From the NCBI GenBank assembly GCA_030265305.1, contig JASAOG010000245.1, forward strand, positions 169,822 to 233,821: a stretch of 64,000 nt of DNA. Reading direction: 5' to 3'. Below, piece by piece: positions 12,093 through 23,364 of this stretch. The first letter of the stretch is position 1; every line of letters begins with the position of its first letter. The DNA comes from Biomphalaria pfeifferi (Eukaryota). The notes beneath the pieces are model-generated. The model was not told where the DNA came from, did not search any database, and saw only the letters and a list, made by a program, of their open reading frames with translations. A program made the translations under genes and the position numbers.

Positions 12093-12169
12093 CTGAAAAA
12101 CCAGTAAGAAAAAAATGCTTCAAAAGTGGGGGGTATACATTTATATTTAACTCTTACAACTGACAAATA

Positions 12170-12830
12170 AGCTTGGACAGAGGTCATGCTTTAATAACAT
12201 ACTATTGGAGAACCAGAAAAGTACCACACCAGAGCAGTAACACATCAGAAGAGTACCACAGCAGTACCACAACAGAGCAGTACCACACAGAGCAGTACCA
12301 AACCACACTTACATATGAGCTTGGACAGAGGTCATGCCTTAAAAACATACAATTGCAGAACCAGAAAAGTACCACGCAAGAGGAGTACCACATCAGAGAA
12401 GTACCGCAGCAGTATCACATCAGAGCAGTACGTACCACACAAGAACAGTTGCACACCAGAGAAGTACCAAACCACACCTACATATGAGCTAGGACAGAGC
12501 TCATGCCTTAATAACATACCAAGCAATACCAGAAAAGTACCACGATAGAACAGTATCACACCAAAGATGTACCATAGCAGTACAACATCGAAGCGGTACC
12601 ACACCAGAGCAGTACCATATCACAGCAATATCACATTGGAGCAGTACCGTGCCAGAAAATGACAACACCAGAGTATGACCACACCAGAGCAGTACCAGAA
12701 AAGTACCGCATCAAAGCAGAACCAGAGCAGTACCACACCAGAGCAGTACTAGAACAGTACCACACCATAGCATCATTAAAGCCGTACCACACCTAAGCAG
12801 TACCACGCCAATACCGAACCAATCCACATC
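12170..12830. repeat. Degenerate tandem repeat of CAGAGCAGTACCACAC units inside globin intron 1
   Basis: Repeated (gag)cagtaccaca units. ORFs 12173..12487, 12202..12393, 12315..12548 and 12332..12604 are artefacts. Confidence 0.8.
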
Positions 12831-13051
12831 GACACTTTGCTTCTAACACAAATGTTGATGAATCATTTATTTCTATTTTCAGTTCTTTCCAGCTCTTATC
12901 ACTGTAGACAACAACATGCTCTCGTGAAAGAGGCGCTTCATCCACTCAAAATGGTAGACCTTGGAAACTAATCATTATTTGTTCTCAATCCAAACCACAC
13001 TTTACCGCTGCATAGCATTCGATTATTCTTTCTCATCTTGAAAACTTTTAG

Positions 13052-13314
13052 CAGGGCCGGCCATAGGTAATTGGAGGCCCTTGGCGAAGCGCATAAGGAG
13101 GCCCGGCATTATATAATTGGAAACCCTAGGCGGATTGAATTTGGTGGCCCCCCAAATGAAATAGAAAAATTAAAAAATAAACAGCGAAAAAATAAAATTA
13201 CGCAACAATTTATTTAAAACCTCTAAAAAGATTGTTTTGAGTCCTGTGCGAGGCCCCCATCAATCGGAGGCCCTATACTGCTGCCTAGTTCGCCTATGCC
13301 AAAGGCCGGCCCTG
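13052..13314. mobile_element. hAT-like MITE, 263 bp, TIR CAGGGCCGGCC
   Basis: CAGGGCCGGCC at the left end and GGCCGGCCCTG at the right end. Flanks are CTTTTAG and CTCTTAG, matching 6 of 7. Same family as 23365-24029 and 55295-55944. Confidence 0.6.
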
Positions 13315-14408
13315 CTCTTAGCTGTATCGATGCAGTATCATTGTTAGCTTTTTTTTTTTTTAAATAAAGGATTCGCTTTTTTTTTTTCTTTAATTAAATC
13401 TGTTTAGAGTGTTTTACCCTTATTTGTTAAAAACTAAAACCAAGTAATGCTCTACTCCCTCCTTGCTACTCCGCCCATGGCAGGTCATCTGATAGTCCAG
13501 ACGACAATGGAAATCGAGCTAAACCCCTCTCTTTATGATATCAACGAGGAACTTTTTGCGCGGATTTATCTGCGGAAAGGATGACACGAAATAAAAACGC
13601 TTTCCTAAGTCAACAAATGTCACGGCTTGTAATTACCATCGTTACCCGGGTGTGATGTCATCGATACAAAATTGCCAAGTCAACACTAGTAAAAGGGGAG
13701 GGGGGGGGGAAGGGCTTATTGTTGTGTTGTATGGCTGAACAGTAAATTACCAATCAAAAACATTTACCAATGATAGCCAATAGAATTAGACAATTAAAAG
13801 GCATTCCAGGCTTTTACACGTAGAAAAATTGGCTGGTTACTATTTTTCTAATAGACCATTTGATGTCATATAAGGATTAGCTAAATCAGCGGTTCTCAAC
13901 CTTTTTTGTTCCGTAACCCCATAATATAATTTCCAACATGGCAGCGACCCTAGTGAATAGTTGTAAGAAAGGTGTATTTTTATGAAAATCTGCTTGAATA
14001 GTTGATTATAAAAATTAAATTTTTCGATTTCATAAAAGAAAAAAAGTAGACGTTGAAATGTCTAAAATATGATGTCAGATTTTCAATATCTTTTCTAGTT
14101 TACGAGATCTAAACGGGACGGACGGACGGACCGACAGACAGACCACACCCAAAAATATTCCCATTTATAAATATGACAATTTAAAAATATGACAATTTAC
14201 AAGCATGCGTACGTATAAACATGACAGTTTATAAACATGACAATCTATGAAACTTAGACATGTATACGAATGACAACATATAGGTGGCATAGGCCTAACA
14301 ATGGATAAACATGGCAGTGTATAAACATGGCCTATGTATTAACATCTCTATACAACTTATAAACAAGGCCGATTATAAACATGACAATTTATAAACATAA
14401 GTACATAC

Positions 14409-14650
14409 CCCATAAACATGACAACTCCAACTCGCTCGATGTCTTTCTTGATAATCTCCCATGAGGCCAAGATGATTTCTCTTGTCTCAGCGGTCAGCAC
14501 CGGCTTGACTTCCGGCACGCCTCGCATGGCGCCAGAGGACATCTCCTCGCCCTCCTGATTGCACAGGTACACCATCCTTGTGTTCTGATCCTTCATTTTC
14601 TCTGTCAGCCCTAACCTGTCCGTAATCTCTCTGGAACAGCTTAGACCCAT
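14409..14650 (-). CDS. Globin exon 1 (from the first true ATG through B12.2)
   Basis: The ATG at 14650-14648 sits in a perfect Kozak context, gtgACCATGGgt. The translation is MGLSCSREITDRLGLTEKMKDQNTRMVYLCNQEGEEMSSGAMRGVPEVKPVLTAETREIILASWEIIKKDIERVGVVMFMG. It contains an A/B-helix-like LTAETREIILASWEII...DIERVGVVMF. The donor GG|gtatgta at 14409/14408 is phase 2 and joins in frame to exon 2, giving GGA = Gly. The ORF-track start at 14680 is a GTG, not an ATG. An alternative start at the ATG at 14542 (MSSGAMRG...) cannot be excluded. Confidence 0.7.
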
Positions 14651-14686
14651 GGTCACTATAAGAGAGGTCAACAGCCGCACGAGAAA

Positions 14687-14925
14687 CTAGGTCATGGGTC
14701 AAATGCCGCACGATTATCCAGGTCAAGGGTCAAAGTCGACTCGATTAAACTAGGTCATGTGTCAAAGGATGGGCGGCTTGCTAGGTCAATGGATCTAATG
14801 CCACTCGTTTTATCTAGGTCATGTGCCAAAGGAGGCGCGATTTACTAGGTTAACGGTCAAATGCCAAACGATTACCTAGGTCATGGGTCAAATGCCGCCA
14901 CACGATTAAGTAGGTCACTGTAAAC
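14687..14925. promoter_or_regulatory. Eight tandem copies of a 31-32-bp unit, each carrying AGGTCAnGGGTCA (DR1-type nuclear-receptor half-site pairs), 37-275 bp upstream of the globin ATG
   Basis: Units start at 14687, 14718, 14750, 14781, 14814, 14845, 14876 and 14910. Examples are CTAGGTCATGGGTCAAATGCCGCACGATTA and CCAGGTCAAGGGTCAAAG. There is a GGGCGG box at 14771. Confidence 0.5.
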
Positions 14926-16034
14926 TTGTAAAATCGGGCAAGTTGTTTATTGAATGAACGTAATTTGTTATCTTTCTTTAACTTTCTAGATAATTATTGA
15001 TAGAAAAAATACTAGATCCAATATTTTGTTCACAAATCAGATACGAAATCGAAATATCCAGTCACCAGTCAGAAAATGCATTGTACCTCTGGGAGATAAA
15101 CAGACGACAGCTTTAATTTTACGACTTGGAATCACCAGTGAAAAGAATGACGAAAAGAACAATGAACGACATCTAGGCGGGAAAAAAAAACAACTGAAAT
15201 TATGAGATGTCGTAAAGTTTATACCAGCAGTCGTGGACAGGTTGTCACGTGAGAGGATGACGCGATCCCTTCAATTAGATGTCACCGAAGAACAACATTA
15301 CTGTGTCAACGAAGACAATCTTGGTCTTGCTTTTTTATTTGTCTTTTATTTAAAAAAACAGACATTTGTAATGGACATACAGGCGCTGAAGTCTTAGAAA
15401 TAAGATTAGCGGCTTGGGTAAAGTTGCTTATTTAGTTACATGACGTCTCTCTTTTGTGCTTGATAATCTTCTGCTAAAAGATATCCAGTTTAACCCCTTG
15501 AGCATTTTCGTACAGAATAAGTATTGAAATCCATGATCGAAAGCATAAAGGCACACATCTATATCTCTTAACTTGTCTGTAAGGGTTAATTCCCAACACG
15601 TCAGCTAAGACAAATACATCAAAGTGGTGAAGCTAATCTGGTCTTTTAGTTCACAGTCACTGAAGCATGTTTTGTTAACTCTTTGACTCCCACAAGCTGT
15701 ATGTGGACATCACAGCGCGATCTTTTCTCTCTGGATTATTTGAGACTCAAAGAGTTAACTGTTTTTATTTGTAGTATGGAGGACTCTGGCGTTGCTTCAT
15801 CTGAAATGTATGTTAAAATAATATGTTTCTATTAAAATGCAACAAAAATCCTTTCTCGCTCTGGCTCACAGATATACAGTCTATGCACCTGGTAGCTAGC
15901 TATATTTATACCTCTTCGACATATCTGTTTACAAATAGTATTATAAATGGCTGGACATTTAAATTTATTTTTATTTATAGCTCCTTAACTAGATACTAAT
16001 CTCCAATGAAAAGGTCTTGCAGATCTGATGGTTA

Positions 16035-16400
16035 CACTGTGTCTTCGAGTTTAGTGGGGCGTGGTAACTGTAAGTGGGCGTGGTCACTTAATAGTGGGGC
16101 GTGGTAGTTGTACAGTGGGCGTGGTCTCTCAATAGTGAGGCGTAGTAGCTGTACAGTGTGCGTGGTAGCCCTATAGTGGGGTGTTGTAACTGTACAGTGA
16201 GCGTAATAGCTCAATATTGGGACGTCGTAGCTGCACTGAGCGTGGTAGCTCAATAGTCGGGCTAGGTACAGTGGGCGTGAAGCACAAAACTGGGGCGTTG
16301 TAGCTGCAAGTGGGCGTGGAAGCTTTATAATTGGGCGTGGTGGTTGTACATTCTGCGTGGTAGCTCAATAGTAGAAGATGTTAGCTGTGCAGGGGCCTCT
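16035..16400. repeat. About 22-bp minisatellite (GTGGGGCGTGGTAGCTGTACA variants), about 16 units
   Basis: Direct reading. ORFs 16032..16253 and 16171..16368 are artefacts. Confidence 0.85.
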
Positions 16401-16504
16401 TAGCTATAAAGACCTAGGACGTAATTATCTTGACTTTTGAATGAACGTCTGTAATTTATAACACAAGTAGGGCCTTGCGTCAGTATAGTGGGGCGTGGTA
16501 GCAT

Positions 16505-16656
16505 ACATCAGGGCAGGGGTTCTCAACCTGTGGATCGCGACCCCTTTGGGGATCGAACGATGATTTGCGAGGGGTCGCCTAAGACCAACGGAAAATTGAT
16601 TTTTTTTTTTTGGAAGGAAGGGGGGGGGGTATTTTTCATCGGAAGTTTTTTTTTCA

Positions 16657-16725
<69 letters not shown>

Positions 16726-16735
16726 GCGTGTTGCA
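16505..16735. repeat. MITE-like fragment (GGTTCTCAACCTGTGGATCGCGACCCCTTTGGGGATCGAACG...GGGGTCGCCTAAGACCAACGG), followed by poly-T, poly-G, (TG)n and (TC)n
   Basis: Carries the recurrent GGTTCTCAAC TIR-type motif, then simple repeats. ORFs 16425..16739 and 16488..16787 are artefacts. Confidence 0.6.
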
Positions 16736-17291
16736 ACAAGAATGTTTATGCTGTAGTCGATATACATTTATATTTGAAATGCCGTAGGATTAGGAGATTC
16801 TTCAGATTTACATTATTAGTAAACAGATTATGAAACGATCCTCAAGTATCAATTAAATTAAAAAGTGGAAATAACAAAGATATATCTAAGGACACGGACC
16901 TATAGCCAGGGGATACGAATGACACTTTAAGTGACTGTATCATCATTGAACAGACACGTGACTTTTTGTTGGTAGTTAGTTACTTTTTTCTTTTTTTTTT
17001 AATATACTTGTTATTCAAAAATATTTGTTGTAGACCACATCTTCGTTGTTGCAGAAAACTTTTTCCACACCTGAAATTACTGTCCAACAAATGCGTCGTA
17101 ACGCCATTGCGGGATGAAACATTTCTAGGGAGAAGATCTAGTAACGTCGAGAAGAAAATTGAACACTAACTAAATCACATTTACCTAAGCCAATGAAAGA
17201 AAAAAAAAATTGGTTGGGAGTCGTCGCTTAGTGAAAAATCGTATTAAGGGATCGCGGAGTTAAAGAGGCTGAGAACCGCTGCATTAGGGCG

Positions 17292-18380
17292 ATGTACTGT
17301 ACTGTGGGCGTGGTCATTGGCTTTGCAACCATGGCTCGAAGGGGTTCATTTAGCCGGCACCTTCGACATAGAGGTCACGATTTCTCCCGTGCTAGTGGTT
17401 TGAAATGTAATATAAATAAATCCTCAGTAATGGGACTAGGGAAATGGACATTGAAAGAGAATTGTGGTATTGTCTATACCTGTAACCCTTTGTTCTATTG
17501 TAAAGAACGGTGGGAGAATATTTTTGTCAAAGCCTCAAACTTGATTAAACTTTATCAGCACACAGGTTCTACGATATTTGGTAGAGCTGTATTGATAAAT
17601 AAATTGGTCATCCCAAAGATTGTCTATTTAGCTAACATTACAGAGCCACCTCCTAACTTCATAAACAAGCTGAACAAGTTAATTAGATGCTTTATATTTA
17701 AAAACACTATTAGGAGCATTAAGCACACTACACTCATTCAAAACAAAGAGGATGGGGGGGATAAACTGGCAAGATGTTAAAATAAAAATACATTCGCTAA
17801 GGCTAAAATTTGTAGGTCAAGTAGTTAGAAACCCAACAAACTTTCCCTTGAAAATTTACTATTATGGTTTAAGATTAAGTAGTCTTCTTCCAATACATAA
17901 TGACTCTTCACTATTTTGGTACAGTCACTCTTCCATTTTACAGATCTATCTTAAGAATTTTACCTGGTAATGAACATTTAATACACAACAAAACCAAAGA
18001 GTCATACACAACACTCAAAAAGCTGTTACATGAAAGTCTAGTGAATAGGATTAAGAGGGGGAGAGCTCTTGGGGTGTCTGAATTCGAGGACACATTCATA
18101 AACCTACACAGCAGACATATCACATAAAAAAGCTAAAGAGATAACTTATAGACTTATCTTTGGGATGACCCCTATGGTTAAAAAACGGGCAAATGACCGT
18201 GAATGTAAATTATGTCATCTTGAAAATGCTGATAACGAGAAACATATGTATTTGGAATGTCCATTATTCCTTAAAGTTAAAAGTACTGTAAGTGACTTAT
18301 TAGAAGCTAACTGTGGCAACTATGTGAATGTTAACTTGTCTATTGTTTTAAGCAAGCTGCCAAAACTAAAAAAATAAAAT
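17292..18380 (+). mobile_element. Non-LTR retrotransposon 3' ORF2 remnant, frameshifted, with a C-terminal CCHC zinc knuckle
   Basis: Four consecutive plus-strand ORFs in shifting frames. The last, MTPMVKKRANDRECKLCHLENADNEKHMYLECPLF, has a C-x2-C-x12-H-x4-C pattern typical of the C-terminal Zn-finger of LINE ORF2. Confidence 0.5.
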
Positions 18381-20159
18381 GGTACATAGCTCCAACTTGA
18401 TTATTGTTTCCCACTACAGGAATCTTGTTTGGGCTAGCTGGCTCAAAGCTCTACATAATAATAATGTGTTTGATCCTAATCACTTAGAATTGACATCTAA
18501 GAAAATTATTAATTTTAGGGTAGAGAATTATCTAGTTTGATTTTCATATGCTTGTACAATACTCATTCAGTATTCCAGAAATGGGGTGTTGGGGGTCAGG
18601 GATATTTGATATTGTGTTGATTGTTCTGGGTAGAGGATCCTTGTATCATTTTTCTGTCTCTGGTGTTTTCAATAGTTAGGTAGTATGTCTTTGATATTAA
18701 ATAATATTTCTATTACTATTATTATATTTTTAGGTTAATCACTTTTCAATTGTTTATGATTTAATACTTGTGAATTATGAGAACTTACAAATAAAAAAAA
18801 GCCCACAAAAGAGGCAAGAGGGCCCATAAAAGAGGCATATAAAGCCCCAAAAAAGAGGCAAAGAAAAGAGGCCTAAGACCCAAGGATTCCTATGATGATA
18901 AAGCTAAAATTGAATAGCGCAAATTCTAAGGTTTCCTATTAAAAGAAAAAAAAAGATTATATCTAGTCCTCTAAGTTCCTCATAAGCTCACTACAATGCT
19001 GTGTGTCCTCAATCTTGGGATGACGACAAGTTAACATCTGGAAACCGGTACCGGTCTGTCAACTTGTGGAAGGTTTCTATACTAGTGATTTGGGAAAGCA
19101 GTCATAGTAATAGAGTTCAGCCTGTATACAATGGCGTAGGACTTATGACTGAGTGATGTACACGAACAATTTTTTTTTTGTTGATTAGCCCGCTTTGTGG
19201 TACATAACAACAGTTTCAGGAGTTCGATCGCACCAACAAAAACATTTATATTTCTTGGAACCTTTGGGCTTCAATAGGAAACAAGGACAGATCCTTCCGA
19301 AAGAATCCCAATATCTTCGTTCGTCTACAACAAAGGACAATAGACAACCCAGCGATCGTCAAGTTTGGACAGTTTATGAACAATTTTAAAGTGAACTGTT
19401 GTATAAACCGCCAACGTATGTTAGTGTCTTATGTGTTGTTGGCAATGTAATCTCTTCAGTACTGAAAAATAAAATAAGATAAACTATAAAATTATAATTT
19501 TACGAGGGGGGGGGCGAGATGTCACGTGTGAATGTGTATGTTCAAAGTAATAGTAGATACAGCAATAACATGAAATTTAATAGCTCAAGAGATTAAATGA
19601 CAGGTCCTGTGCTAATCAATGGATTTACCTTCACGTCGAATCATGGGCTAGTGTCCTTGTCTGGAAAGTCGGGTTAACCCAACACTTTGACCCACATCTG
19701 GTATTGAATGGGGTCTAAAAATAGAGTCTTAGTACTCGGAAAGTTTGCCTACGCAGCACCAACGTTGGACGTTCACAACACATATTTAGTTAAGGATGAT
19801 GGATATAGTGTTATTTCTTGCAATATACAATCCAATAGTTATTGGACGATAGAATAACATTGCACGATATAATATCTAGTTTCTGATGTTCTGATTAATA
19901 TAGTAGAGCAACTTAACACTTCCTTGTTCTTGAAACTAGGTAAGTTTTTGTTTTTTCATTTATATTGGAGCTTTATCCTAGATTACGTCGACCGAACTTC
20001 TAGTTAATGTAAGCTTCATGCTATTTCCGTTTTACATGTTTAGGGTGTTCCATTAGAACTGAAGATTATTTGTATTGCATCTTAGCCCACACCGCCCGCA
20101 CTCACAAGGGTTCGAACTGGTGACATCTAGACCACTGTCAGTAGCACATACCACACGAC

Positions 20160-21860
20160 ATATTTTATTTTTTTTACATAACATAATACATAATGATAAT
20201 GAAACTAAAGCAAACATCCTAAACAAATACTTTGCATCAGCATTCTCAGCCCCAGGAGACAAAGACATATTACTGAATTTGAACCAAGTAGACAACATAG
20301 AAGATATAGTAGTACAAGAAAATGGAATTCAAAAACTATTAGCCAACACCAAACCAAATAAAGCGTCTGGACCTGATGGTATTCCAGCTAGATTACTCAA
20401 AGAACTCAGCAATGAGCTAGTCCCAGTGTTCAAAATACTCTTTCAGGCTTCACTTAACCAGGGCAGAGTACCAAAGGACTGGAAAGAAGCTAATGTCACC
20501 CCCCCCCCCTATTTAAAAAAGGAGAAAAATCTGACCCAGGAAACTACAGACCAGCATCACTTACCAGCATCACATGAAAAATCCTAGAACACATAATATG
20601 TAGCAACATCATAAACCCCTTAGACAAACAAAATGTCCTCACACCATACCAACATGGCTTTAGGAAATATAGATCATGTGATCATGTGAAACACAACTAA
20701 GAGGACTAATTGATGATTTTTCTAAAGGTTTAGATAATAGTGAACAAATAGATGCTATCTTACTAGATTTTTCTAAGGCTTTTGACAAAGTTCACCACCA
20801 TAGTTTGCTTTAAAATATGTCGGCATTAATGGTCCACTGCATCAGTGGATTAAAGATTTTCTGATAGGGAGAGAACAAACTGTAATAATAAATGGCTTTA
20901 AATCAACACCGATAACAGTAAACTCAGGTGTACATCAAGGAACAGTCTTAGGTCCACTACTATTTTTAATTTACATAAATGATTTACCAAATTGCATTAC
21001 TCCAGGAACAAAAGTCAGATTATTTGCAGACGATTGCATAATATATAGAACAATAAAAACAACACAAGGCACAGATATTTTACAAAGAGAATTAGATGAA
21101 TTACAGAAATGGGAATCAAATTGGAGCATGTCTTTCCACCCAGAAAAATGTCAATTGTTAAGAGTAACTTATCTTATTCATGGCAAACCAGTAACACAGA
21201 CTAAAAACGCAAAATACCTAGATGTTATAATAAATGAAAAACTGTCATGGAATCCACATATTGATGAAACTATAAAAAAATCAAACAAAGCATTAGGATT
21301 TATTCACAGAAATTTCTATAAATCAAATAAGAACATAAAACTAAAATGTTATTTAACCTTGGTTAGGCCAATAATAGAATATGCATCGTCCTTTTGGGAC
21401 CCCTCACCTCAAGAAAACATTAAGAAACTGGAACAGACACAAAATAGAGCAGTGAGATTCATAACAAATGAATATTCACATTTGACTAGAGTAACACCTA
21501 TAGTAAAATCACTAAATTTAGAAAGCCTTCAGGAAAGAAGACTCAAAAGTAAAGTAGCAATTATACATAAAACACTGAACCATAATCTTCAAATACAAAA
21601 ACAAAATTTAATTAAATACTCTGAAAGACACAAAGAAAAAGGCACATTCCTCGTCCCATATGCTAGGACAAATTTGTACAAATACTCCTTCTTCCCTAGT
21701 GCTATTAGAGCATGGAATGGGTTGCCTGAGCTAGCCAGGAAAACCAGTGATTTGGCAGAATTTAAGTTATTGGTTAATATGCAAGACTAAATGCATGACG
21801 CGTAGGACGTAATCATCTTCTTTTTTGAAGTAACGTCAGTATTATATAAGATAAGATAAG
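20160..21860 (+). mobile_element. LINE-A non-LTR retrotransposon, reverse-transcriptase region plus 3' end, decayed by frameshifts and stops
   Basis: ORF 20075..20587 carries the RT domain-0 motif KASGPDGIPARLLKE and is followed by GNYRPISL. LFADDCIIY, the F/YADD RT motif, lies near 21030. ORF 21128..21790 ends with ...RTNLYKYSFFPSAIRAWNGLPELA. The element terminates in an (ATAAG)n tail at about 21860. Confidence 0.8.
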
Positions 21861-21984
21861 ATAAGACCATCCTGGCGTAAAAAAAAGTGTTAAAACCCAC
21901 ATGGTCTGTCTAGACTTTACGATATTTGTGGAGCGTCTACTACAGGGGTTCTCAACCTGTGGGTCGTGTTCAAACTTTAACAAG

Positions 21985-22215
21985 TCTTTAGGGCAGATGA
22001 TGTAAAGGTCATCTTTTTATGTGGCCTACGGTTAATGAGGGTGCTATATGGCCAGCACAACAACAAACCGCCTTTACTTTTTTCCCAACTAATGTCAGGT
22101 ACCCATTAAAGTTGTGTGGACTTGAAAGAACCCAAAAATCCCGAAATTAAAAATCCCAGTCTTTAAAAGGATTCGAACCAGGACCCCCACTTTACCACTC
22201 AGCCACTGCGCCTCC
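21985..22215 (-). mobile_element. SINE family A (tRNA-derived head, conserved core, and ...CGCAAGGTCTGAAAGGG tail), minus orientation
   Basis: Reverse complement starts GGAGGCGCAGTGGCTGAGTGGTAAAGTGGGGGTCCTGGTTCGAATCC. The core ...CCAACTAATGTCAGGTACCCATTA... is shared with the copies at 39198, 45738, 62507, 53700, 48192 and 35755. Confidence 0.8.
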
Positions 22216-22348
22216 TATGTTGAAGATAATCTACTTCCTAGTCCAAACCTCCCGCAGGATGACGGTGGATGGGAAGGGCAGGGTTTTAACCCGGGACCAT
22301 CTAAAAGCCTGAACGACAGTCCAGCGCTCAAAACGCTCGCCAGGCAGC
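22216..22348 (-). mobile_element. SINE family B fragment, abutting the family A copy
   Basis: Reverse complement reads GCTGCCTGGCGAGCGTTTTGAGCGCTGGACTGTCGTTCAGGC...GGTCCCGGGTTAAAACCCTGCCC...GTCATCCTGCGGGAGGTTTGGACTAGGAAG. Matches 36478-36637, 47957-48135 and 48490-48645. Confidence 0.65.
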
Positions 22349-23364
22349 TATATTCTAATGACCTTGCGTGCATCGATGAAGAACTGGTGTTTTCGTGTTA
22401 ATTTTTTGGGAATGTCTACTGACATTGAACTCTTTACAAAGTGTCTGTTGTTGGAACCAATGGAAAATCTCAATGACCAGGAATAATGAAGAATCCCTGA
22501 ATAATGTGATACACTTAGTTGGAATTATTAGTTTGTATAGAGACGCACCATAGTTGACAGACTTTGAACGCGACATTTAGTGACGTCACGACTTTGTTGG
22601 GTTAGAGATTATTTATGTGAATATAGTCAGTTGGTGTTAGGACTTCAGAGAGATAACTTGATAATACGGACAAAGACTCGACTGTGGCCTTTTCAATATT
22701 ATACATCATCTAAGTTTGTATAACGGTTTGGACTTTTGTACTTGTTACATGGGTAGGTCTTGTTACTTGTTAGTTAAGTAGATCGAGTGCACCCGTACAA
22801 GCAACCCAGACATCTCTGTCGAAGTCAGACAGCCATCAACAACTACAACTACCTTGTAGTCTACAAGGGCAAGACCTAGCACAATAACGTTCGCCATGCC
22901 CATTATAGGACCTTATACATTTTCTTTGTCTTGCGTTGTCTAGCAGTAATAATAGAAACAGAACGAAAGATTTAAGAGATAATTCCGTAGTTATTACACC
23001 AAGCTAATTGTTGATATAAGTTTTTAAACCCAGACTTATCCTGATATGATATTACAAACCATTGGTTAAATTACTCTAAAAAAAAAAAAAAAAAACGCGC
23101 GCATAGCATGTATCAAGGGCAATAACTTGTGTGAGTCGAAGGAAGATTTGTGCGGTCGCAAAGTGGACAGGATCTAGTATTTAGTTAGTGAATTATTTAG
23201 CAATGCAGCAACAAGTCACGTGGTTAGATGTAAACACAGAGAGAGACAAAAAATCAATTTATACAATTTTAGGCGAGGGAAAACTTAATCCTCCTTCCTT
23301 AATACAATATACCAAGTATTATCTTCCCTTTAAATTTTTTTTTGGAATTATTTGTTGAAATTGC

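Noticed and set aside
12173-12604. Four overlapping ORFs on both strands in globin intron 1
   Set aside because: Generated by the CAGAGCAGTACCACAC tandem repeat. There is no protein similarity.
14357-14680. ORF-track start of the globin exon-1 ORF at 14680 (MRLLTSLIVT...)
   Set aside because: The codon at 14680-14678 is GTG, not ATG. The first real ATG is at 14650 (MGLSCS...), in a perfect Kozak context. The overlapping ORF 14487..14726 (-) is an out-of-frame artefact.
17292-18380. Run of four 60-160-aa plus ORFs that could be taken for a multi-exon gene
   Set aside because: The consecutive frames overlap end to end with no splice signals. The content (a CCHC knuckle at the C-terminus, Lys/Asn-rich) fits a frameshifted LINE ORF2 remnant, not a host gene.
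20085-20160. tRNA-like segment with a GGTTCGAACCC T-loop motif at the 5' edge of LINE-A, and similar tRNA-like stretches at 34960-35030 and 37640-37720
   Set aside because: None folds into a complete cloverleaf with a 7-bp acceptor stem and proper anticodon arm by eye. They are more likely SINE-head or tRNA-derived repeat fragments than functional tRNA genes. tRNAscan-SE would settle it.
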